Virus record (IMG/VR): IMGVR_UViG_3300017985_000016
Coordinates: 1-59,398 of that record
Source: a virus
Lineage: Duplodnaviria; Caudoviricetes
Reading direction: 5' to 3' (one strand)
DNA: 59,398 bases
Part shown: positions 40,701-47,223 of the stretch, one piece after another
How the letters are laid out: each line of letters starts with the position of its first letter
Position numbering within the stretch: the first letter of the stretch is position 1
The notes under the pieces: generated by a model
Told to the model about the DNA's origin: nothing
What the model saw: the letters and a program-made list of their open reading frames with translations, nothing else
Database searches by the model: none
Position numbers and translations under genes: made by a program

Positions 40701-43700
40701 TTGATGTCTGGAACTGCAGTAATTGGCAGTGGTGTGCGATATGGTGGATCTGAAGGACGTGGATGGGAGATCTCTTGTAGGTTGTTGTCAGAACCACATG
40801 TGAATGTGAACGATCCTGGCATCAACTCAATACGATCATTTACCACCAATCCGTGATTTGGAATTGTGATTGAGAATACACCAGTCGCAACATTGTATGC
40901 GGCGGCAGTTGGTGTTTTAAATTCTGCATACTGTGCAGGATCTGAGTAGACGATCACGTCATCACGGATACAATCCGCATCCGCACTCACGAATGTGTGA
41001 GCTCCAGTGTAACCACCTGCATCACCTACATTGATTGTAAATGTGGTTTCTGTTGCAGCCTTGATCTTGATTGGTTTCTTATTGAAAGGATCTGTTGCAC
41101 GTGGATGAGTAATTTCTATTGTGTTTCCATATGCATCGTCGCAAGAGAATGTCATGCTTTCTGGTTCAAGTTCAACATAAGAACCGACTGCAAGGTTATG
41201 TACACCAACTGTAACCACCATGTCACCAGATACTGGATCATAAGTTGCACCAGTTGGAGTGTATGTATTTTTACGAGTTGCATTGTATACAGAAACCGCA
41301 TTGTCTTCTACACGATAGAAGGTATGAGTACCAGTGTAACCGCCAGCATCACCAACATTAAGAGTAATTGTTGTTGCAGTTTTTGCAGTAATTTCAACTG
41401 GTGACTTATATGCAGGATCAGTGCGACGAGGATGAGAGATGATGACATTGTTTGCACCATCTGTACAGTAGAAATGGAACGATTCTGGAGCAAGTAGAAC
41501 ATGATCACCAACTTCTAAATTATGTACTCCAAGAGTTATGACAAACTCACCATCAACAGGGTTGTATGTCGCATTTGTTGGGGTATACGAACGACCAGAA
41601 CCTTGCATGATGTGAATAATCTCATCAAATGCAGCATCTGATTTTGCAATTGCAGAACTGTCATGCGCAAGTAGCGAAACCGCATCATCTTGTGCAGATA
41701 CAAATGTATGCGCACCTGCATAACCGCCAGCATCGCCACCATTAAAGGTAATGGTTGTTGCAGTCACTGCAGTAATTGGGATTGGTCTATCGAACAGGGG
41801 ATCTGTCACACGTGGGTGAGAAATCTCAACTGTATCAGATGTTGTCGCATTCACACAAGAGTATGTAATACCTTCTTTTGCAATTTTGATAGACTGACCA
41901 ACTTGAATGTTGTGATCACCAATTGTTAGTTCAGTTACACCAGTCAGCGGATCATATGTAGAATCTGTAGGTGTGAATGTCGCACTAGATTGTGACTTGA
42001 CAAGATTTTTAAGTTCTGATACTGCACCAACTGTTTCTGGTAGTTGATCGCCAACAACTTCACTTGCAGTACCGAAGTAGTAACCTACACCAGTCTGTAC
42101 AGAGTTGAAGTTAGTACCAAGTACCATATCCTGTTGAACTGCAGGAAGAATGTGTTTCTGAACATCACGTGCACACTTTTCGCTGTCGTAGATGAAATAG
42201 TTACTATCAATCCAACCCATCATATAATCTTGGATATACTTCTTGTTAGATTGAAGTTGTTTACGTGCATTGATTTTGTCTGCAGAAATAGATGCGTTAT
42301 CACTAAATCTAATTCCTGTACCAACAACTTGAATTGAATTCTCTAACGTGCTCTCGTAAGAGTGTGCACCAGTGTATCCACCCGCATCACCAGAATTGAA
42401 AGTGATTGTGTAAGGCGTTGTTTCAAGAACCTGCGTTGGGTTTTTGAACAGAGGATCTGATGGGCGTGGGTGAGAAATAGAAATTGTTTGAAGCGTTACA
42501 TTGTTTGCACAACTATATGTGATACCATTTGGTGAAATCTCAATAAGATCGCCCACAATTATACCATGAGGTTGTTTAAATGAAACAACTGTTTCCCCAG
42601 TGGTTGGGTTGTATGTAGAACCAACTGGTGTGTAGCAATTCTCTTCCAGTCTTACCGAATCTGCATCTGCACTCTTAAAGAAGTGGATACCTCTGTAACC
42701 ACCAGCGTTACCAACCTGAACTGTAATAGATGTATCAGTTGTTTCGATAATTGGCAACCCTTTTTGTGCAGCTGGATCAGTTGGACGAGGGTGAGTAATT
42801 GTACCATCTTTACCAGACAGTCCACACTCAAATGTGAAACTTTCTGTTTCCAAAACAATTTTCTGATCTGTTACAAGACGGTGCGCACCAATTTCAATCG
42901 TCATAAGACCAGAAATTGGATCATACTCAGCAAAAGTAGGAGTGTAAGTATGACGTTTCTCTTCTAGTGCATCAATAATATTATCGAATGCATAGTCTGC
43001 ACGACTTGAACCGACATAAGATGTTCCATCGATAATTTCGTTTGTCTGTTCTTTCAGACGTTTATATGCAGCGATTGTCTCGTCACGTTGGTTGTTGACA
43101 ACCTTCGCAGCTGCATTCATGTAGTATGCATTACCTGCAGTGACAGAGTTATAGTTTGTATCCAATAGCATATCATGCGCAACTGCAGGAAGGATATATT
43201 CCTGAGTATCACGACGACATGTTGCACTATTGTATGCGAAGAACTCATCGTTATCTTCGATCCAGTCGATCAACTCATCTTGAATAAACGAACGATTGTC
43301 TTGAAGTTGCTTTCTTGCAGCAGTATATGCATCACTAACTTCAGAGTTTGAAACTTCTGTCCAGATGATTGGGTTTGCATATTCTTCTCCGTTTTCTAGA
43401 ATGTTTAGAAGTTCATCGTAAGAAGTATTTGCACGATCCAAGATCTCTGTGTTTGCGTTCGCAAAGATTGTTTCGATCTTATCTTGTAGGTAACGGTTTG
43501 CACCCAAAGTCTCTGTCAACTGTTCGCCAGGCACAACATATGAGATTGGTGAACGGTATGTAATACCACTCAGACGACCCCAGTAGTTAGAACCTGTTTG
43601 GATGTCTTGACCCAACTTGTCAATGATGATACCAGAGTCACGGTAACATTTCTGCGCATCATATCCTTGATAACCAAGTCCACCACTGGCAGTGTTAGAT

Positions 43701-46063
43701 GTTAGGTAATTAACCATGTCATCGATGATGTTGTTTGCATTCGACAAGATAGTATCACCGAATACAGTATTACCACCCGCATTTTCACTTATAGTTGAAG
43801 TTGCATCTCTTGGTGCGTAGAAGGTTGTAGTACCTTTCGCTCTCATAGAGATGTCACCGAATTGTGTACCTGAGTTGTTGAGTGTAACCTGACCACCGTT
43901 CAATGCGTAGAACGCACAACGTGTAAAGATTGACAACGAACCAATACCGTTAACACCCGCACCATCACGTGCAACGTAACCGATACCGTTCTGTGTACGA
44001 GGCGTGAAACCGAATGTTAGGATATATGTGTAAAGTGAATCTGGGTCAAGTGCTCGACGGTCAACAAGCACACAACCACCACCACGTCCCACAAGTGGGT
44101 TAGGGAAGTCGTCGATACCGATTGTTAGAATATTACCTGTACCACCAGATTCAGTGATGATAGTATCACCAACGTTGATTTCACCTTTTAGGTTACGGAC
44201 GTAGATACGATCATCTGTTGCAACGTCTTGATCCCAAGAAATGACACCACGTGCACCAGAACCGAAGTTAACTTCATCGCCCTCTACAAAATCACCTGCG
44301 TGACCTGGCTCCATGAAGATCTCACGACCAAGGTCTGCAAGAGTACCTTTGGAGTTAAATGGTTGTAGTGGTGGTTCAACGTCTGCACGAAGGAAGTTAG
44401 ACAACTGAGAGGAGTCACGAATATATGGTGAACGTCTTAGTTTTGCGCCGGGACGATATGCAATTGCGAAACCGCCTTCTGGATAGTCGAAGTTGTCAAC
44501 CTTCCAGTTAGTGTAAGAGAAACCTTGTACGTAACAACCAGAACCAACTAGAATTGCGTTGTTGAATTCGTAGCCAGGCAACGCTTCGATAACTGTTGCA
44601 TACTGACCAGATGTCGATGTCATTGAACAGTCATCTGGAAGTGCGATACCACCTTTGGTGTAGTATGTGCCAGGACCACAAGAAATGTGGACTGCGTTGT
44701 TCACATCGTTACGTGAGTAAACACCACCTGCCTTTTCAAGTGCAAGTTCTGCAGCACGTTCCAATGTCTTAACAGGTTGAAGAACTGTGCCTGGGTTTCT
44801 GTCGTCACCAGAAGATGCTTCAACGTGGACTTTAAGTGCTTTCGCAGTTGTTCTTGAAATCTCATCAAAGAACTGGCGGTATGTAATCTTTTCTGTTTCA
44901 CCAGTTTTAACATTTTTCAATGCGAAGTATGAGTCTTCATCGATGCGTGGTTCAAACGCATTGGTAAGGTCCATATCAAAGTCTGCAAGTTCAGAGCGGT
45001 TGATACGTGCGTCATTGATGTCTGTGCGTTCAATAGAACCACCTTCCATACGAGACTCACTGATGCCAGTGTTCGACATATTGGAAGATTCGATGACTGC
45101 ATCCTGCAGTGTAACACCAGATAGAGAACCTGTGAATGTTGAGTTGGCAATCTCACCATCTCTGAAAAGACCACGATCAATGGTAGTGTTCGCAAATACA
45201 TTATTGTTACCTGTACCATCATTGAACGCAGAGTCCGTAATAGTGACATTGTTTGCAGTACCATTGTAGATCGCACCATCAGTGAAAGTTGATGTGTAGA
45301 TCTCCATGTTATTTGCAATACTATCGGTAAGTGTGCCGTCTGCAAAAGATGAGAAAGTGATTTCGATATTGTTTGCAGTGGAATCAAAGATCTCTCCATC
45401 TGTGAACGTCGAAGAAGTAATTTCGATGTTATTCGCAGTAGAGTCAAAGATTGCACCGTTTGTGAAATCGGATTCTGAGATGTTTAGGTTGATACCATCG
45501 GAATCTCTAACAACACTATTAGAGATATCGGAGTCTGTCATAGTAATATTGTTCGCAGTTGAATCTTCAAGACTACCGTTAGCAAAGGTAGACTCTGTGA
45601 TATCTGTCGTATCAATAGTACCGTTTGAGAAAGATGTTGTGGTGATTTCAGAATTATCGATAGTGGAGTTAATCAGTGTAACATTGTTACCTGTAACGGT
45701 CTCCATTGTACCGAAGTCGAAACTAGAATTCGTGATCTCTACGTTATTCGCCGTACCATTATCAAAAGAAGAGTCGTCGATATCTGCACGATTGATGTCT
45801 GTATCATTGACCGAACCACGATTGAACTCGTTGTCGTTCATGATGTTGTCATTCATCACGTTTTCAAAGATAACAGTACCAGTTATCGAACCACCAGTGA
45901 TAGTGATTCGGTCAAATATTTCGTACTGAATTGCTTGAACGAGTTCTTTTCTGGTAATATTCTTCGTACCATCGTCACCTTGAACTAGGTTAACGATGAC
46001 AAAGAGGTCTTCTGTCCTAGTATTGGCACCAGTAATCGAACCTAATTCAGAAATTTTTGACAT
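34787..46063 (-). CDS. Giant virion structural protein (3758 aa): beta-solenoid and pectin-lyase-like N-part, 11-12 CxRD helical repeats and 9 His/Cys beta repeats
   Basis: Single uninterrupted ORF. Contains GDDRNPGT..PVKTLERA (beta-helix cap), repeated KCxRDxGYxxDA and repeated TPTxAxYxPxxG...HPRxTDP...GxHTF. Confidence 0.85.
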   Translation of the reverse strand: MSKISELGSITGANTRTEDLFVIVNLVQGDDGTKNITRKELVQAIQYEIFDRITITGGSITGTVIFENVMNDNIMNDNEFNRGSVNDTDINRADIDDSSFDNGTANNVEITNSSFDFGTMETVTGNNVTLINSTIDNSEITTTSFSNGTIDTTDITESTFANGSLEDSTANNITMTDSDISNSVVRDSDGINLNISESDFTNGAIFDSTANNIEITSSTFTDGEIFDSTANNIEITFSSFADGTLTDSIANNMEIYTSTFTDGAIYNGTANNVTITDSAFNDGTGNNNVFANTTIDRGLFRDGEIANSTFTGSLSGVTLQDAVIESSNMSNTGISESRMEGGSIERTDINDARINRSELADFDMDLTNAFEPRIDEDSYFALKNVKTGETEKITYRQFFDEISRTTAKALKVHVEASSGDDRNPGTVLQPVKTLERAAELALEKAGGVYSRNDVNNAVHISCGPGTYYTKGGIALPDDCSMTSTSGQYATVIEALPGYEFNNAILVGSGCYVQGFSYTNWKVDNFDYPEGGFAIAYRPGAKLRRSPYIRDSSQLSNFLRADVEPPLQPFNSKGTLADLGREIFMEPGHAGDFVEGDEVNFGSGARGVISWDQDVATDDRIYVRNLKGEINVGDTIITESGGTGNILTIGIDDFPNPLVGRGGGCVLVDRRALDPDSLYTYILTFGFTPRTQNGIGYVARDGAGVNGIGSLSIFTRCAFYALNGGQVTLNNSGTQFGDISMRAKGTTTFYAPRDATSTISENAGGNTVFGDTILSNANNIIDDMVNYLTSNTASGGLGYQGYDAQKCYRDSGIIIDKLGQDIQTGSNYWGRLSGITYRSPISYVVPGEQLTETLGANRYLQDKIETIFANANTEILDRANTSYDELLNILENGEEYANPIIWTEVSNSEVSDAYTAARKQLQDNRSFIQDELIDWIEDNDEFFAYNSATCRRDTQEYILPAVAHDMLLDTNYNSVTAGNAYYMNAAAKVVNNQRDETIAAYKRLKEQTNEIIDGTSYVGSSRADYAFDNIIDALEEKRHTYTPTFAEYDPISGLMTIEIGAHRLVTDQKIVLETESFTFECGLSGKDGTITHPRPTDPAAQKGLPIIETTDTSITVQVGNAGGYRGIHFFKSADADSVRLEENCYTPVGSTYNPTTGETVVSFKQPHGIIVGDLIEISPNGITYSCANNVTLQTISISHPRPSDPLFKNPTQVLETTPYTITFNSGDAGGYTGAHSYESTLENSIQVVGTGIRFSDNASISADKINARKQLQSNKKYIQDYMMGWIDSNYFIYDSEKCARDVQKHILPAVQQDMVLGTNFNSVQTGVGYYFGTASEVVGDQLPETVGAVSELKNLVKSQSSATFTPTDSTYDPLTGVTELTIGDHNIQVGQSIKIAKEGITYSCVNATTSDTVEISHPRVTDPLFDRPIPITAVTATTITFNGGDAGGYAGAHTFVSAQDDAVSLLAHDSSAIAKSDAAFDEIIHIMQGSGRSYTPTNATYNPVDGEFVITLGVHNLEVGDHVLLAPESFHFYCTDGANNVIISHPRRTDPAYKSPVEITAKTATTITLNVGDAGGYTGTHTFYRVEDNAVSVYNATRKNTYTPTGATYDPVSGDMVVTVGVHNLAVGSYVELEPESMTFSCDDAYGNTIEITHPRATDPFNKKPIKIKAATETTFTINVGDAGGYTGAHTFVSADADCIRDDVIVYSDPAQYAEFKTPTAAAYNVATGVFSITIPNHGLVVNDRIELMPGSFTFTCGSDNNLQEISHPRPSDPPYRTPLPITAVPDINTIQVQVGVGTGGIHTFIRCADNAVGVMTANVDEVNAAATLQKNRDFLANETVGYLANTYFIYDSEKCERDTGYIIDAVKRDVLTGSNYNAVFNGLAYRSGTVGADNVVNEQLTETVGAYTWLKQQVAVSLSGTSLTRSNDAFDEIIDIITNGSGAAATINFGDSYVSNDALNTRGILQSNKAFLQAEITAWITANYPSLTYDAAKCERDVGYLVDSASFDIQHGSNVASINNARIYFENAVSILPADQRAITAEAFMHIASVAKKLARNETVTPTTGNVETPVTWTNVEYTPIDVNYNPVSGIMNIDLGATHSFSNGDYIIFDPESITLSCGSPAQNIVHPRTTDPAYEKPIKVLASTANTITLDVGDANGYQEEHTFVSATAGAVKKYFSDFMSQRVEDLINIVSDAIELDAPVYPNPVEPNDVGTEFYQTSAKGTIVGGGSTAREGVVKGGSGGVEGAQSGLLSYNVGGPEMEDPTDKFSPFEFGPGETGYASEFQVATGIINGLTEKLQTEITTYINEQYNGIGFVESKCIRDSGYLIDAITEDLLYGGNEATIKAAQAYFINSINLLPDYQYDATKAAFDHLAVSAEKVALEQTVIPHFKQSFTPTDVVYDANNGVMEVTVGSHDLEVGDFVWFEEESITFSCANTDTLVVTNISHPRAAGGAGTPDYAFERPIKVTQTTATTFTVTGFTIPNGYTGSHTFVSADADAVKQVTKNFLKQDKTGTATSVSVGQRIEDLIKIISGVVDDRTDENIPAISGAPEYTPLRTFARDQIHANRKFLIEEVVAYLNDRYFTYDGDKCFRDTGFILDAVKQSGSIAGAQPLIQVGLAYVSGTTGANEVKWAQLSEMVGGLRYIRDQLVEAARTEEIALSPYDDTYIVENNIKANFDTIIAIMTGEVSNPVPVWPSVLQGGDPDGVNARIILQNNRTFLQAEALAWLALNHPSLTFDTAKCTRDVGYFVDAVSWDISQGGNQSSVNTARLYFENAVSVLPVDQREPTRGVFNRLSEIADEIVQNIAVTKTSGNAQNQDTTTTAANAVTGARVSSLMSIVVDAIDENDIDKLPTVVDNYAFAIANNPQDKRMYDLITKKQGAMQGAILNHIAEEYNGLAYNETKCRRDLGHIIDGIAHDMQYDGNSATHKNALAYFENAINVLPMSQRKPTREAFKHLGETIETILMRVDVEPTIQKLTRFTPTTATYNPATGVFVATIGTHQLKVGDAIMFAPESITFSCGVAPAGATVNISHPRATDPFFNKPVVITAVDATTITMNVGAATNYTGVHTFVSAQYDAIVHVEGNFVHQDKRHLPAVYPERADLKGEAMKLANMIADAADDVDPSKIPARVAPDTSWTPQNYIASKTLIQDESETLSKHVIEYVGREWNGLSFPRAKCRRDMGFLVDAASHDVQYETNYASRIAAQIYFENGVSVLPVDTRRQTADVYRTMKLLMSDIVQEIDTTNTTITSTAQDISGTPATATEGAEVVSLIGIVEDVIREDSLAPIPTLQSPNTAWVDSEVVTAFGEIEDNTVQLADDMIHFINTEFDVLDYNKSKCRRDVGYLVDAFSYDLNYGGNTASRWNAEFYFWNSVYRIPEDQRVATAKSYRHLGKICADIVQGKYDGQKIKSETATEVEAAKVVGLANMFYLTQINKDTKELQKLDEPDYGWVQKPFRDAADILLSKRGPLQYDVVRFVNAEYKFVDINLTRRDAGNLLQTIVNDVKFVNPNTGQRGSTKATRTFSQSLFDQKGQHVFPVFNPQTQGLIFKGTVPSISARNDLQTNPNVTLKKNHAYIVSDDVNINFYAGTIYYWNGSAWVDDGPNNTDLLYAFYASWDKMRDFIIANYSPDAEHSAMITLLFDECLKDNVLKPDVLTFGSLVESIAHQFNGGAAGVNRTALPLNFRNLGPATSAISSVLSEDGGRVRWSGADELNNQYFARGLRINGRTGRIEGRPFTSSVRKLARRASNSRAVV
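45230..45570 (-). repeat. 60-nt (20-aa) coding repeat, F..G.I.DSTANNIEIT
   Basis: Visible at both protein and DNA level (tttcgat..t.ttcgcagt.gagtcaaagat at 60-nt spacing, lines 45361 and 45421). Confidence 0.7.
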
Positions 46064-46096
46064 TCTAGTCTACCTTACTATAATATGTTTTCTTTT

Positions 46097-46105
46097 TATT
46101 TATTA
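46097..46105 (-). promoter_or_regulatory. Late promoter variant (TAATAAATA) upstream of the 3758-aa gene
   Basis: Plus strand tatttatta about 35 nt upstream of ATG 46063. Confidence 0.55.
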
Positions 46106-46117
46106 CAGACCATCATA

Positions 46118-47032
46118 TCAATCTTTTGATTTTTCAAGGGCCTCGACTTTATCATTCAATTCTTTGATTGCTTGAATCAACAAAGGGATGATATTATCGT
46201 AGCGAACAGCTTTGTGTCCTTTTTCATCTAAATCAAAAGTAACGCCAGGTAATACTTTCTCTACCTCTTGCGCAATTACACCCGAAACCCTTTCATCTGG
46301 TTTCGCAATATAGTTAAATGTATAACCATTAATTTGTTCTACTTTGTCTAACGCACCATCAATAATTTCAAGATTTTCTTTCAATTTAATATCAGATGCA
46401 GTATATGCAGTAACAACGTCACCAGTTACATAAGCACTACCAGTGACATACAAATCACCAGATAATACGTTATCACCGCCTGGACCTGACAAAGATCCAG
46501 TGTATGTAATATTGTTTGCAGTTATATCCCCAAAATTACCGAAGTTAAAGATTGCATTGTTACCAGAAGCATCTTCTGAAAGTACGAGATTAGTCGCATT
46601 AATCGTACCTGAAGGTGAGAGAGAAAATTTTCTTGCACCAACACCTGTGTCGATGATAAAGTTTGCATTGGTGGAATCTTCCATACCAATGTCCCAAGAA
46701 ATATTTCCATCTGTGTATCTGGTTCTACCACCACCCGCACCGAATGTGAATGTAGCGCACAACGCATCTGAGAGGGCATTGTGAACAGTAGGAGATCCAA
46801 ATGTTACACTACCACCGTTAGTAACTGCTTCAATATCGTCTGATTGTAGATCACCAATAAACTGATTTGCAGTGAAGTTACCTACGAGAGTTGCATTACC
46901 AGTCGTAGAGTCACCACCAGCCGAGGCAGTCACCGCTTCTGAACGAATGATACCTGCAATTTCATTTGTTTTGTCAAACCAGTTTTGAAAGGTTTGGGTT
47001 ACTACCAGATCGGCTATGGATGGTTTTGCCAT
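46118..47032 (-). CDS. Short fibre/spike protein (304 aa) with C-terminal S74 chaperone
   Basis: AYTA-SDIKLKENL..I..ALDKV.QINGYTF.Y, GVIAQEVEKVLP, V.YD..IPLLIQAIKEL. N-terminal TFQNWFDKTN. Confidence 0.8.
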   Translation of the reverse strand: MAKPSIADLVVTQTFQNWFDKTNEIAGIIRSEAVTASAGGDSTTGNATLVGNFTANQFIGDLQSDDIEAVTNGGSVTFGSPTVHNALSDALCATFTFGAGGGRTRYTDGNISWDIGMEDSTNANFIIDTGVGARKFSLSPSGTINATNLVLSEDASGNNAIFNFGNFGDITANNITYTGSLSGPGGDNVLSGDLYVTGSAYVTGDVVTAYTASDIKLKENLEIIDGALDKVEQINGYTFNYIAKPDERVSGVIAQEVEKVLPGVTFDLDEKGHKAVRYDNIIPLLIQAIKELNDKVEALEKSKD

Positions 47033-47223
47033 TACTCTTTTTCCAATTTAGCTATTCTCTCGCACATATATGAAAGAGTCTCTTGAATCTCAGTAACATC
47101 AGACTGAAGTTTATCAATTTTTCTATAATAATTTCTTTCCATCTTGTATTTATTAAGGGCTTGGGTATCCGTAGACAAAATTGCCTTCGAATTCGAATCC
47201 CTTATTACCCTTTCCTGTGTCAT
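47032..47223 (-). CDS. Small coiled-coil protein (63 aa)
   Basis: RD..SKAILSTD..AL..Y followed by a heptad tail. Coupled to both neighbours (ATGA and TAATG overlaps). A typical small gene following VrlC-like genes. Confidence 0.7.
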   Translation of the reverse strand: MTQERVIRDSNSKAILSTDTQALNKYKMERNYYRKIDKLQSDVTEIQETLSYMCERIAKLEKE

